From Marispirochaeta sp. (GTDB taxonomy: Bacteria; Spirochaetota; Spirochaetia; JC444; Marispirochaetaceae), in contig CAXXFF010000001.1 in NCBI GenBank assembly GCA_963676835.2, positions 768,001-832,000 of the forward strand: 64,000 nt of DNA, read 5' to 3'. Positions 9,405 to 20,060 of this stretch are shown one piece after another. Under the pieces are notes generated by a model. That model was given only the letters and a program-made list of their open reading frames with translations. It did no database searches and was not told the DNA's origin. The first letter of the stretch is position 1; each line of letters begins with the position of its first letter. The position numbers were made by a program, and so were the translations under genes.

Positions 9405-10676
9405 TTGACGATGAAGGGGATACCACTTAACAGACTCTTACGGATACTGCTTATCTTTACAGCCCTGTTCATAAGCGTCCCCCTTATGGCACAGGAGGAT
9501 TTCTCCGCCGCCGAGGGAGATTACTACCGGGTGCTTGCCCAGGGAGATGATGCCGGGGCACGGAATATCGCAGACCGGCTCGACGCCTATGCAGAGCTCT
9601 TTGAGGATTTTCTCCATTTTGACCGCTCCGGGCTCCCTTCCCGACTCAAGGTCCGCATATTTGCAGATCAGAATGCGTATGCCGCCTATCTGGAATCCAG
9701 CATCGGAACTCCGAAGGACAGCTTTGTTTTCCTGCAGTACTCCGACCCGACCATGAGTGAACTGGTGGGATACATGAACGGCAGTGATTTTGAACGCTCC
9801 CTGGTGCATCATGCCTTTATTCAGTATCTCAAAACCTTTGTACAGTTTCCGCCCCTGTGGCTGCAGAAGGGAATGGCCATTTACCTGGAAAACTCACGCT
9901 ACAACGGAGCCGAAAACAGGGCTGAATACCGGGAGAACCTCTCCTGGCTTAAGAGCCTGAAAACCTATATTGCCCTGGAAACAGAGATTATCCCGGTTTC
10001 CCTGCTGCTTACCATGGATGTGGAATCCGCCAACCGGCAGATTGAAAGCTTTTATGCCCAGAGCTGGGGACTTGTTCATTTTCTTCTGAACAGCCAGGAC
10101 AAACGCTACAACCGGATTATCTGGGATGCCCTCTCGGCTCTGAAAGCCGACGTGCCCCGGGAAGAGAATGAATCAGCGGTAATAGACAAGGGCTTTGCCT
10201 GGGTAAACAAGGAAGAGTTTCTCAACAGTTTCAGCACCTACATGGATGAGCTGAAGACCTTCCCTGAACTGGTTCAGCAGGGAATTGCCCTTTATAGCCA
10301 GGGAGACTATACCGAAGCGGAAAAGAGCTTCAACCGGTCACTTGAACTGAAAAAGAGCCACTATATTCCCTACTACTATCTGGGTTTGATTAAATACGCA
10401 GAGCAGGATTACGCCATGTCCGACTATTTCTACAGCCAGGCGCTTGACCGCAACGGATCACCGGGGCTCATCTACTATGCCAGGGGTATTACCGCATATT
10501 CAGCGGAAGATATTACCGGTGCCAGGGAGTATCTGGATATGGTTCTGAATGAAGATCCCGCCGAATACGGCGGCAAAGCTCAGGAACTGCTTGAGCGGAT
10601 GGATTCGGAAGAATCAGCAGTACCTGCCGTTCCGGAATCCCCGGAAACTTCAGATACAGAAGTTTCTGCAGAATGA
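9405..10676 (+). CDS. Exported TPR protein with peptidase-MA/DUF1570-like N-terminal domain
   Basis: Signal peptide; PLWLQKGMAIYLE and FYAQSWGLVHFLL motifs; C-terminal TPRs; GGAG RBS before TTG. Confidence 0.75.
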   Translation: MTMKGIPLNRLLRILLIFTALFISVPLMAQEDFSAAEGDYYRVLAQGDDAGARNIADRLDAYAELFEDFLHFDRSGLPSRLKVRIFADQNAYAAYLESSIGTPKDSFVFLQYSDPTMSELVGYMNGSDFERSLVHHAFIQYLKTFVQFPPLWLQKGMAIYLENSRYNGAENRAEYRENLSWLKSLKTYIALETEIIPVSLLLTMDVESANRQIESFYAQSWGLVHFLLNSQDKRYNRIIWDALSALKADVPREENESAVIDKGFAWVNKEEFLNSFSTYMDELKTFPELVQQGIALYSQGDYTEAEKSFNRSLELKKSHYIPYYYLGLIKYAEQDYAMSDYFYSQALDRNGSPGLIYYARGITAYSAEDITGAREYLDMVLNEDPAEYGGKAQELLERMDSEESAVPAVPESPETSDTEVSAE

Positions 10677-11788
10677 TCATCAGGCCCCGCTTCCGGCGGG
10701 GCTTTCTTTTTGCGCTTCCGGCGGCGGCGCTTCTTTTTCTTTTTAACCTTTACAATACCTTCGGCATCGAAAAGCTGTTTTACCGCCCCTTCCACATCGG
10801 CATTGGGAGGAGTAAGAGGCGAAAGAAGCTCTTTAAAGCCGCGGAAAATATATTTAAAGAGAACTTCAAACTCAAGGTCATCGGGGATATCCTGATAAGG
10901 AGAAAATACACGGAAAATGACTTCCCCCCGGCTGACCGGTTCTCCCTCTTTCATCCGGGAATCCAGGCCCTGAAGACTGTCAAAAAAATCCCGCAATCCC
11001 CGTTTGCCGTTCTTTTCAAGAATCTCCTCTTTCAAGGAAGGAAGCATATAATCAAAAAGACCATACTGGTCCGCCAGCTTCATAACCGCAGAAGCGCTTC
11101 CACCTTCGAGAATCTTGAAAACCTCCTCGGTCATCCTGGAAGTGGAGACTCCCTGAAGGTTGTTTGAAAAGCGACGGATTGTCTTTTTCAGACCGAAGGG
11201 AATGGAAAAGCCTCCGGCTGCAGCATATTTCACCGCCCTGATCATCCGCACTGGATCTTCGTCGAAGGTTGAATCCAGAGGAAGAAGCGAACGCATCCGC
11301 CGGGAGCGTATATCCTTCATGGCCTGGACAAAATCAAGTATCTGCTCTTTTTTGGGATCATAGTAAAGCGCGTTTATGGAAAAATCACGGCGCTCTACAT
11401 CTTCTTCAAGGGTCCCGAAATCATTATTGTCCGCTCCGGGCTCGTTGGACCGGAAGGTGGAAACCTCTATTATACTCCCGTCTTTGAAATGAACATGCAC
11501 CAGGCGAAACCGCCGGCCGATTATACGGGAATTCCAGAAGAGGCGCCGGACTTTTTTGGGCTGGGCATCGGTGGTTATATCAAAATCTTTTGGAGTCTTG
11601 TCGTTCAGGAGATCACGGACAGCGCCGCCGACAATATAGGCGTGATAGCCTTCATTCTGAAGGCGGTCAGTGATTAAAAGAGCTTCCCTGTCTATTTTAC
11701 TGCGCGATATTCCGTGCTCGTCAACTGTGTAGATACGGGCGCGCTCATAACGCCTGCCGGATTTATCGATACCGTAACGGATCAGCAA
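10580..11788 (-). CDS. pcnB: Poly(A) polymerase (PcnB-type)
   Basis: VGGAVRDLL..TPKDFDI, IIGRRFRLVHV, RRDFSINALYY, EDPVRMIRA; polybasic tail. Confidence 0.9.
   Translation of the reverse strand: MLIRYGIDKSGRRYERARIYTVDEHGISRSKIDREALLITDRLQNEGYHAYIVGGAVRDLLNDKTPKDFDITTDAQPKKVRRLFWNSRIIGRRFRLVHVHFKDGSIIEVSTFRSNEPGADNNDFGTLEEDVERRDFSINALYYDPKKEQILDFVQAMKDIRSRRMRSLLPLDSTFDEDPVRMIRAVKYAAAGGFSIPFGLKKTIRRFSNNLQGVSTSRMTEEVFKILEGGSASAVMKLADQYGLFDYMLPSLKEEILEKNGKRGLRDFFDSLQGLDSRMKEGEPVSRGEVIFRVFSPYQDIPDDLEFEVLFKYIFRGFKELLSPLTPPNADVEGAVKQLFDAEGIVKVKKKKKRRRRKRKKKAPPEAGPDDHSAETSVSEVSGDSGTAGTADSSESIRSSSS
10684..10712 (+). terminator. Intrinsic terminator of the TPR gene, inside pcnB coding sequence
   Basis: GCCCCGC-TTCCG-GCGGGGC followed by TTTCTTTTT just after stop 10676. 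Confidence 0.65.
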
Positions 11789-11947
11789 TGGTGTACCTGC
11801 TTCTGATTAAGAACATTAAGAGTGTTACAAACCATATTCTAACCGCCTTTGAGCCATTATTGCAAGCTTTGTATGCTTATGCTTGAAAATGGACGGTATT
11901 CAGTCCATAGTAAGGAATACGAGAACAATCATCCAGCGAGGTACCGC

Positions 11948-13255
11948 ATGTCATCTATTATTCAGCCCCGGGTCCTGAAGGGGTTCAGAGATTTTCTTCC
12001 CGAGACGGAGATCCGCCGGAGGGGGATAACCCGTATTCTTGAGGAACAGTTCCGCCTCTTCGGCTTTGTTCCCATTGATACACCGGTACTGGAATATACG
12101 GAAGTTCTTCTGGGCAAAGGCGGCGGAGAGACAGACAAGCAGGTATACCGCTTTGAAGATCACGGTAAGCGTGATGTATCCATGCGCTTTGATCTTACCG
12201 TTCCCTTTGCACGTTTTATGGCAGCCCATGTGAATGAACTCTACCTCCCCTTCAAGCGCTATCATATGGCCAAGGTTTTCCGGGGAGAAAACACCCAGCG
12301 GGGACGGTACCGGGAGTTCATGCAGTGCGACTTCGACATCGTAGGCACCGATTCCGCCTCTGCGGACTTTGAGATTCTGACCATGATGCACGACAGCTTT
12401 GCGGCTCTGGGTGTTTCAGATGTCACTATCCACCTTTCCCACCGGGGCATTTTCAACCGCTTCCTTTCCCACCGGGGAATACAGGATAATTCCGTCGAGA
12501 TTCTGCGTATTGTGGACAAACTTGCAAAAATAGGACGGGACGAAGTCCTGCGGCAGCTTGAGGAGCTTACAGGCGGGGAAAACGCCGAAGCCATCCTTGA
12601 CTATATCAGTGCTGAGGGAGCCTTTCCACAAGTTCTCAGCCAGCTTGAGAAACTCTCCGGCGGAGAGAGTGAGGATACCCTCAGGCTGAAAGGACTCTAT
12701 ACCGCCATGGAAAGCTGCGGACTCACAGAACGCTTCAAACTGGATCCCTCAATTACCCGTGGACTGGATTATTATACCGGGGTTGTATTTGAAACCTTTC
12801 TGGATAAACTCCCCGGCATCGGGTCGGTCTGTTCCGGCGGACGATACAACAATCTCGCATCCCTTTATACAAAACAGGAGCTTCCCGGAGTCGGTGCCTC
12901 AATAGGACTGGACCGCCTGATGGCAGCCCTGGAGGAACTGGGAGATAACGCCGGAAATGATGCCTCCGCCGATGCTGTGATATTCTGCATGGATGCGGAA
13001 GGCACCGGAGCCTTTCACGCATTTGCACGGGAACTCCGAAAGGCAGGTATCCGCACCGAGGTTTACCCTGAGGCAAAAAAACTGGGACCCCAGTTCGCTT
13101 TTGCAGAAAAGAAAGGTGCCGCAGCGGCGGTTATGCTGGGCGAAGAAGAACGGAAAAACGGTACAATAACGGTTAAAGACCTGACAACCAGAACAAACCA
13201 TACAGGCCTCAGCACAGAAGACGCTGTAAACCTGATAAAAGGTATGATTAGTTGA
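11948..13255 (+). CDS. hisS: Histidine--tRNA ligase
   Basis: LKGFRDFLP, RFDLTVPFAR, RGRYREFMQCDFD, RGLDYYTG; start taken at ATG 11948. Confidence 0.97.
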   Translation: MSSIIQPRVLKGFRDFLPETEIRRRGITRILEEQFRLFGFVPIDTPVLEYTEVLLGKGGGETDKQVYRFEDHGKRDVSMRFDLTVPFARFMAAHVNELYLPFKRYHMAKVFRGENTQRGRYREFMQCDFDIVGTDSASADFEILTMMHDSFAALGVSDVTIHLSHRGIFNRFLSHRGIQDNSVEILRIVDKLAKIGRDEVLRQLEELTGGENAEAILDYISAEGAFPQVLSQLEKLSGGESEDTLRLKGLYTAMESCGLTERFKLDPSITRGLDYYTGVVFETFLDKLPGIGSVCSGGRYNNLASLYTKQELPGVGASIGLDRLMAALEELGDNAGNDASADAVIFCMDAEGTGAFHAFARELRKAGIRTEVYPEAKKLGPQFAFAEKKGAAAAVMLGEEERKNGTITVKDLTTRTNHTGLSTEDAVNLIKGMIS

Positions 13256-15741
13256 GAATAAATCCAGCCGAACTGCCGGTTTACCAGCAGAAAGATAAAA
13301 TCCTGGCTGCCCTGTCTGAAAACCAGGTTATCATTGTGGAAAGCCCCACCGGATCGGGAAAGACAACCCAGCTCCCCCTTATTCTGCATCAGGCAGGCTA
13401 CTCCTCCGGCGGAACCATCGGGGTTACCCAGCCCAGACGTATTGCCGCCCTGTCGGTCTGTGACTATATCGCAAAGCAGATCGGATCTGAAGTTCCCGGC
13501 GAAGTGGGCTACAAGATGCGCTTTGACGACCAGACCCTGCCGGAAACACGGATCAAGATTATGACCGACGGTATTCTGCTTCAGGAGATGAAAGCCGACC
13601 GCTACCTTTCCCGCTATTCTGCACTTATCGTTGACGAAGCCCATGAACGCAGCCTCAATATCGACTTTATTCTGGGACTTTTGAAACAGGTTATCGAAGC
13701 AAGGCCGGATTTTAAGGTAATAGTCTCATCGGCAACCATTAATCCGGTAATCTTCTCTGAATATTTTCACGGTGCTCCCATTATCCATATCGATACCCGG
13801 ATTTATCCCATAAAGGAGATCTACGAACCTCTGCCGGAACGCTCTTCCGACGAAACGGTAAACGAAATTATCTCCGGCATAATCCGGCGGAAAATACAGC
13901 AGAAAATTCCCGGAGACATTCTGGTATTTCTTCAGGGAGAACGGAATATCAAAGAGTGTATAAACACCCTTGAAAGCTCATCCTTCGCCAACAGGCTCAT
14001 GATTCTGCCCCTCTACGGCAGACTTTCCAAAGAGGAGCAGGAGCGGGTTTTCGATGAACCGCCTGAAGGCAAATACAAGGTGGTGGTGGCGACCAATATC
14101 GCCGAAACCAGCGTTACCATTAACGGCATCACTACAGTTATCGATTCAGGCCTGGGAAAAATTAATTATTACAATCCCAGAACCTTTACCTCATCCCTGC
14201 TGGAGACCCCGGTTTCCCAGGCCTCCTGCAACCAGCGCAAGGGACGGGCAGGAAGAACTCAGCCGGGTACCTGTTTCCGGCTCTATTCAAAAAAGGATTT
14301 TCAGGAACGCCCCCTCTTTACCCAGGAGGAGATCTACCGTACCGACCTTTCCGAGGTTGTACTGCGCATGGCCGAACTGGGCATCACCGATTTTGAAGAG
14401 TTTGACTTTATCTCCTCTCCGGGAATACAGGGCATCCGCTCCGCAGTGGAAACCCTCTACACTCTGGAAGCCCTTGATGAAGAGCGTCAGCTTTCAAACA
14501 TCGGAGAGATGATGGTCCGCTTTCCCCTGCTCCCCCGTCATTCCAGAATGATAGTGGAAGGTATTATGAAAGAGCCGGAGGTTCTTGATGAGATCCTCAT
14601 CGCGGCAGCCTTTCTTTCGACCAACACCCCCTTTCTGCTGCCCCAGGGCGAGGAAATGGAAGCCCGGCGGGGTCATCATCACTTTACAGACAGCGCCGGA
14701 GACTTTGTCTCATACCTTAAACTTTTCAAGTCCTTTAAAGATTCGAAAAACAAAAAAAGCTTCTGTCAGCGCTACTACCTCGATGAGAGAATCATGCATG
14801 AACTGGTAAACATCCAGCAGCAGCTTTCGGAAATTGTCAGCGACATGGGAGTTCCCATCCTTTCCGGCGGCAGCCTCGATTCCTATCTCTGCGCCGTTAG
14901 TACCGGGCTTATACAGTTTGTCTGCGCCCGCAGCGGCCGGGGCGTATACCACAGTCTCACCGCCGAGCAGATACAGATCCACCCCGGTTCAGTTATGTTC
15001 AGGGAAAATCCCCAGTACATTGTGGCAGGAGAGATAGTAAAGACAAGCAGAACCTTTGCCAGGTCGGTCTCTCCTCTGAAGAGAGAGTGGCTGGCAAGGA
15101 TCTCCCCGCTTCTTTCAAAGGGCCTTGCGGCGGATAAATCATCCAGAGACGGGCGCAAGGAGCGGGAAAAACGGGATACCTCCTGGGAAATCCAGATTGC
15201 AGGCATAACCTTTCCCCTTAAACCCTACAAGGGGAAAAAGAAACTTGCCCTCCTCCCCTACCAGGAGCTGAAGAAGGCAATAAAAAGAAGCCGAGGCGAT
15301 GTCTCCGGCAGCAATATCGGAAACCTGCGGGGTGTGGTTGTCCATGAAGGCTACGAAATCCTCCAGGGCGAAAAACTGCGTCGTATTCTCCGGTGGATGA
15401 AAAATGTAAACCTCCCGGAGGATATCCGCCAGGACTGGCCTCAGGGAAAAACATTCAACTCTTTTGAGGGAATGGATGAGCTTGCGGGGATTCTGGAATA
15501 CATTATGCGCCTGGCTCCGGCAAAACAGAGCAGTTCCAGCCTTGGTTTTCTAAGCCTCCATACGAATGGAGAGGGGAACTACTGGCTCAAGCCGTCAAAG
15601 CGGCTGCTCACAGCGGCAGAGATGAGTCTGGCAAGCCTGGAAGTACTGGCGGACGAAATGGATGATACAAGCAGAAAAAAATATGCGAAACCCATTAACG
15701 AACGGTACCGCTTTCTGGCGGAGATGTACGAACAGGGTTGA
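13252..15741 (+). CDS. hrpA: ATP-dependent DEAH RNA helicase HrpA-like
   Basis: SPTGSGKT, TQPRR, DEAH, SAT, QRKGRAGR. Confidence 0.92.
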   Translation: MRINPAELPVYQQKDKILAALSENQVIIVESPTGSGKTTQLPLILHQAGYSSGGTIGVTQPRRIAALSVCDYIAKQIGSEVPGEVGYKMRFDDQTLPETRIKIMTDGILLQEMKADRYLSRYSALIVDEAHERSLNIDFILGLLKQVIEARPDFKVIVSSATINPVIFSEYFHGAPIIHIDTRIYPIKEIYEPLPERSSDETVNEIISGIIRRKIQQKIPGDILVFLQGERNIKECINTLESSSFANRLMILPLYGRLSKEEQERVFDEPPEGKYKVVVATNIAETSVTINGITTVIDSGLGKINYYNPRTFTSSLLETPVSQASCNQRKGRAGRTQPGTCFRLYSKKDFQERPLFTQEEIYRTDLSEVVLRMAELGITDFEEFDFISSPGIQGIRSAVETLYTLEALDEERQLSNIGEMMVRFPLLPRHSRMIVEGIMKEPEVLDEILIAAAFLSTNTPFLLPQGEEMEARRGHHHFTDSAGDFVSYLKLFKSFKDSKNKKSFCQRYYLDERIMHELVNIQQQLSEIVSDMGVPILSGGSLDSYLCAVSTGLIQFVCARSGRGVYHSLTAEQIQIHPGSVMFRENPQYIVAGEIVKTSRTFARSVSPLKREWLARISPLLSKGLAADKSSRDGRKEREKRDTSWEIQIAGITFPLKPYKGKKKLALLPYQELKKAIKRSRGDVSGSNIGNLRGVVVHEGYEILQGEKLRRILRWMKNVNLPEDIRQDWPQGKTFNSFEGMDELAGILEYIMRLAPAKQSSSSLGFLSLHTNGEGNYWLKPSKRLLTAAEMSLASLEVLADEMDDTSRKKYAKPINERYRFLAEMYEQG

Positions 15742-15776
15742 TCGATATAAGGATTTCGACAGTATTTAAAAAAGAT

Positions 15777-16802
15777 TCAGGTAAAGGGGCGCAGGACTTT
15801 TTCAAGCAGAGAATCTTCCAGAGGAGAAAGAAACGTCTCTCCCCTCCTGCGCTGCAAAACAAAGCGCACCTTGCCTGACTTAAGCTTCTTGTCTTTTTTC
15901 AGAGCTGCAAAATAGGCTTCGGCATCGGGGATCTTTATCTGCAGATCATACCCGTACTCATTCAGGAAAGTTAGAGACTCTTCCGCCCAGGAAGGATCTG
16001 TTTCACCCAGGGCAAGGCCTGCCTCGATTGCCCGTGCAATGCCCCAGGCAACCCCATGTCCGTGGGGAACCGCACCAAGACCAAGTACACTTTCCAGGGC
16101 ATGGCCGAAGGTGTGACCGAGATTAAGATGAGCCCTGATGCCCTGCTCGGTGGGATCTTCCTCCACAATACTGCCCTTAACGGCCAGTGAGCGGGGGATA
16201 AGATCGTTAAGAACCGCCACATCCCTCTCCAACACCTTGCAGCGCTTACTGCGAAGATCGTCAAAGAGAGAACCGGATTCCAGAAAACCGTGCTTCAGAA
16301 CCTCTGCAAGCCCTGACATGTACTCTTTTTCGGAAATAGTTTTCAGCAGAAAAGGATAGATGGCGATTTCGGATGCAGGATAGAAAGATCCGATCATGTT
16401 TTTATAAGTGCCGTAATCGATGCCTGTTTTCCCCCCCAGGGAGGCATCAACCATGGACAGCAGTGTGGACGGAATCAGAACAAGACGGCATCCCCGCATA
16501 TAAATGGAAGCTGCGAATGCGGCAACATCACAGACCACCCCGCCGCCAAGAGCCACAACAACGCCGTCACGGCCGAAAGGTACAGCAAGAAGAGTATCAA
16601 TTATTCTGATTACGGAATCCCAGTTCTTTCCCTCTTCACCGGCAGGAAGCTCCACAACGAGAGTTTCTCCGGCAGGAACAAAGGAGCGGGTATTGCTGTC
16701 GCAAACCCATACCCTGGGACCAATTTCAGGGATCTGAACCGCATCGGCATCGTAGGAACGGACCCGGGTTTCACGGGCCCCAAGGGTAAAAATCCGATCC
16801 AT
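15777..16802 (-). CDS. aroB: 3-dehydroquinate synthase
   Basis: GGGVVCD, TLLSMVDASLGGKTG, LNLGHTFGHALE. Confidence 0.93.
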   Translation of the reverse strand: MDRIFTLGARETRVRSYDADAVQIPEIGPRVWVCDSNTRSFVPAGETLVVELPAGEEGKNWDSVIRIIDTLLAVPFGRDGVVVALGGGVVCDVAAFAASIYMRGCRLVLIPSTLLSMVDASLGGKTGIDYGTYKNMIGSFYPASEIAIYPFLLKTISEKEYMSGLAEVLKHGFLESGSLFDDLRSKRCKVLERDVAVLNDLIPRSLAVKGSIVEEDPTEQGIRAHLNLGHTFGHALESVLGLGAVPHGHGVAWGIARAIEAGLALGETDPSWAEESLTFLNEYGYDLQIKIPDAEAYFAALKKDKKLKSGKVRFVLQRRRGETFLSPLEDSLLEKVLRPFT

Positions 16803-16808
16803 TAGGTA

Positions 16809-17111
16809 TTATATCTGGTGAGGAAAGCTGGTTATTATATTCTTGATAAAATCGTCGCTGATGGAATAGATTCTTCTGTTTCCGTCAACGGTACAGGAGA
16901 CTATGCCTTTGTTCTTCAGCACTGCCAGATGCTGGGAAATAACCGGCTGCGACTGCTGCAGGCACTGCCACAAATCGCTGACACAGGCGTTTTCCTTCTC
17001 AATAAGACAGAGGATTTTTAATCTGACAGGGTGACCGCAAACTTTAAGGCGCTCAGCATATGATTCAATCAACGAATCAGGGCAACAGGTTGCTTGGTTC
17101 ATAGTGCACAT
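16809..17111 (-). CDS. ArsR/SmtB-family transcriptional regulator (Cys-rich)
   Basis: GHPVRLKIL, SQPVISQHLAVLK; start may be ATG 17102. Confidence 0.88.
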   Translation of the reverse strand: MCTMNQATCCPDSLIESYAERLKVCGHPVRLKILCLIEKENACVSDLWQCLQQSQPVISQHLAVLKNKGIVSCTVDGNRRIYSISDDFIKNIITSFPHQI

Positions 17112-17191
17112 ACTTTACACCCTGACATGCTATAGAATCAAGCCTTTAATTACTATATACAGATACATTTATTCTCCGAACATTCCAACCC

Positions 17192-17220
17192 TTGTCAGAT
17201 CGAAGGCATATACTTATTAT
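17192..17220 (+). promoter_or_regulatory. Sigma70-like promoter of iscS-thiI, probably leaderless
   Basis: TTGTCA-17 nt-TATTAT, then 6 nt to ATG 17227. Confidence 0.6.
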
Positions 17221-17226
17221 AGTCGG

Positions 17227-18393
17227 ATGGAATTCACCTATCTGGACTGGGCAGCAACCGCCCCGCCCGATCCCGAAGCTCTGGAAACAGCCCGCAGAGT
17301 GGCAAAGGAAATCTACGGAAACCCCTCTTCCCTGCATAAGGCGGGAAAAGCGGCAGGATCGGTCCTGGAAGAGTCCCGCAGAAGTATAGCCGGAAATCTC
17401 GGCTGCCGGCCGGAGCAGCTCTATTTTACCGCCGGGGGAACGGAATCAAACAACATAATCTTCTCGAGCCTGCTGATGCGCCCGAAAAAAGGTGCTGTGC
17501 TTACCAGCACCATAGAACATTCCTGCGTCTGGGAAGCCGGCGAAACCATGAACAGCCTCGGGTTTCCCCATACCGGTATAAATCCCGGTTCAGATGGTCT
17601 CATAAGCCCGGAGAGAGTAGTCGAAAAGATGAGCCCGGATACCGAACTTATAAGCATAATGCTGGTAAACAACGAGACCGGCGTTATTCAGGATATTCCT
17701 GCAATCCAGAAAGCAGTCAACGACAGCTTTTCCGGCGGCAGGAAGCCCCATTTTCACAGTGACACCGTACAAGCCCTGGGAAAGATACCCCTTAACCTGA
17801 AGGAACTCGGAGTCGACTCCGCCTCCTTTTCGGGCCATAAAATAGGAGCCCCAAGAGGCATAGGCCTCTTATACCTGAAGAAACCCTTCGTACCGCTTTT
17901 CCGCGGCGGCGGACAGGAGGGCGGAATCCGGCCGGGAACCGAAAACCTGCCGGCAATTGCCGCCTTTGCAGAGGTTCTGGCAAAACGTACCGCAAATATC
18001 GAGGCATCCATGGAGAGGGCCGCAGTTATCAGGCGCAGAGTTGTTGAAGGACTTAAGGCCATTCCAAAAATCATCCTTCTTCCCCACGGCATTGATCCCC
18101 TGGATGAAACACTTGTACCCAATATACTCAAATGCTCTTTCCCCCCGGTGCCCGGCGAGGTACTTCAGCGTGTTTTTAGCGATAAGGGGATAATGGTTTC
18201 CACCGGCAGCGCCTGCTCCAGCAATCAGAAACACAAGGCCAACCGGGTACTGAAAGCCATGGGAACTCCTCCGGACATAGCGGAGTCCTCAATTCGCTTC
18301 TCCTGGGGGCCGGAGACCACCGATGAAGAGATTGAAATGTTTATCCGTACAGCAGTGAGAGAAATCAGTTTATTACAGGAGCAGCTGGGATGA
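17227..18393 (+). CDS. iscS: Cysteine desulfurase (IscS/NifS family)
   Basis: YLDWAAT, GNPSS, SGHKIG, STGSACSS; adjacent to thiI. Confidence 0.9.
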   Translation: MEFTYLDWAATAPPDPEALETARRVAKEIYGNPSSLHKAGKAAGSVLEESRRSIAGNLGCRPEQLYFTAGGTESNNIIFSSLLMRPKKGAVLTSTIEHSCVWEAGETMNSLGFPHTGINPGSDGLISPERVVEKMSPDTELISIMLVNNETGVIQDIPAIQKAVNDSFSGGRKPHFHSDTVQALGKIPLNLKELGVDSASFSGHKIGAPRGIGLLYLKKPFVPLFRGGGQEGGIRPGTENLPAIAAFAEVLAKRTANIEASMERAAVIRRRVVEGLKAIPKIILLPHGIDPLDETLVPNILKCSFPPVPGEVLQRVFSDKGIMVSTGSACSSNQKHKANRVLKAMGTPPDIAESSIRFSWGPETTDEEIEMFIRTAVREISLLQEQLG

Positions 18394-19592
18394 CAAAACA
18401 AAGCATTGCAAATTTCCTGATACGGGTTGGTGAAATCGGCCTCAAGGGTGAAAACCGCAAGATGTTTGAGCGACAGCTCAAGGACAATATAAAACGCCGC
18501 CTTACAGAGGTTGAATCCAGAGTAAGCGGAGGCCGGGGCCGTTTTTTTGTGGAAATATTTGACGGAGACCCGGAATCGGTCAGGAAAGTACTGGCCACAA
18601 CCTTCGGCATCGTCGGTTTTGCCAGGGTAAGAATCTGCAAAAAGGATCTGGACAGTATCGGCGATGAAGCGGAAGTTCTCCTCAAAGAGGCGCTCAAGGA
18701 GAAACCTGCAGAAGAACTGACCTTCAAGATAAACCCCAAAAGAGCAGACAAGAGCTTTCCCATGAACTCCTATGAGATAGCCTCCTCCCTGGGTGAACGC
18801 ATGCTGAAGACCTTCCCGGGCATTCGGGTTAACGTGAAAAACCCCGATGTTAAAATTCAGACGGAGCTCAGGGAACAGGCCTTTGTCTGGGGCCCCCAGG
18901 ATGACGGCCCCGGAGGCCTGCCCGTAGGCTGCGCAGGAAAAGGCATGCTTCTTCTGTCCGGTGGAATCGACTCACCTGTGGCTGGATGGATGATGGCTAA
19001 ACGGGGTATGAAACTGGATGCAGTCTACTTTCATGCCTACCCTTACACCTCGGATGAAGCGAAAAAGAAGGTTATAGACCTGGCCAGAAAAATAGCACCC
19101 TGGAACGGGGGAATAAACCTTTTTGTGGTGCCCTTCACCAAAACCCAGCTGCTTATTAAAGAGCGGGCCCCCAAAGAGGCAACAACCCTGATTATGCGGG
19201 CAGGAATGATGCGGGTTGCCCATATGGCCGCCGAGGAACGTGACGGCCTGGCATTGATAACCGGAGAAGCACTGAGTCAGGTGGCAAGTCAGACTGCCCA
19301 GAGTCTCCGGTTTACCGGAAGCGCCACGGACCTGCCGGTTCTGCGCCCCCTTATCGGCATGGATAAGGAAGAGATCATCCGTATTGCCCGGAATATCGAT
19401 ACCTTTGAGACATCGATACTCCCCTACGAGGACTGCTGTACCATTTTCTCACCGAAACACCCGCTGGTAAGCCCGAAGTTTGAGAAAATGCAGGATATAT
19501 GGAAAAAGACAGATCTTGAAGAGAGCCTGAGGGAAGCCTGGGAATCTACGGAACGTATCTATTGCCATCCAGATGGAAGTGAACCGTTGTAG
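18390..19592 (+). CDS. thiI: tRNA 4-thiouridine synthase ThiI
   Basis: GEIGLKG.NR, THUMP domain, SGGIDSPVA, QVASQT, EDCC. Confidence 0.95.
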   Translation: MTKQSIANFLIRVGEIGLKGENRKMFERQLKDNIKRRLTEVESRVSGGRGRFFVEIFDGDPESVRKVLATTFGIVGFARVRICKKDLDSIGDEAEVLLKEALKEKPAEELTFKINPKRADKSFPMNSYEIASSLGERMLKTFPGIRVNVKNPDVKIQTELREQAFVWGPQDDGPGGLPVGCAGKGMLLLSGGIDSPVAGWMMAKRGMKLDAVYFHAYPYTSDEAKKKVIDLARKIAPWNGGINLFVVPFTKTQLLIKERAPKEATTLIMRAGMMRVAHMAAEERDGLALITGEALSQVASQTAQSLRFTGSATDLPVLRPLIGMDKEEIIRIARNIDTFETSILPYEDCCTIFSPKHPLVSPKFEKMQDIWKKTDLEESLREAWESTERIYCHPDGSEPL

Positions 19593-19683
19593 AAAAGAGC
19601 GCCGGAGAAAACCGGCACCATTTCCCTTAATTATAAGCTGACCGAGGAAAACTTGGAAAAAGAAAAGAGCGGTGACCGGCGTT

Positions 19684-19980
19684 TTACGCCGAATCTCCGC
19701 TCTTCTTTGATGACGAAGCTGTTCCGGAAGAACTCCCTGAGGAGCCGTCACCGGAACTGCTCTTTGCGACGGAACCACTGGTAGCTTTACCGCCGGAACC
19801 GCCGCGGTTGTCGGTTACGTAAAAACCGGAGCCTTTGAAGATAATCCCCATACCGCCGCCGATAAGGCGCTTGACTTCACTCCCGCACTTGGGACATTCC
19901 TTGAGCGGATCGTCGGACATACTCTGAAAGTATTCAAAAACATGTCCGCAGGACTGGCATTCGTAATCGTATGTAGGCAT
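19684..19980 (-). CDS. FmdB-family zinc ribbon protein
   Basis: MPTYDYEC..C, CPKCG, FKGSGFY.TD. Confidence 0.9.
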   Translation of the reverse strand: MPTYDYECQSCGHVFEYFQSMSDDPLKECPKCGSEVKRLIGGGMGIIFKGSGFYVTDNRGGSGGKATSGSVAKSSSGDGSSGSSSGTASSSKKSGDSA

Positions 19981-20060
19981 TATATTCTCACCTCTTCGGG
20001 TCGAAATGTTTCTTTATGGTGCCGGAGTTTATACAAAACCGGCGGCTTGCACAAGAGCTG

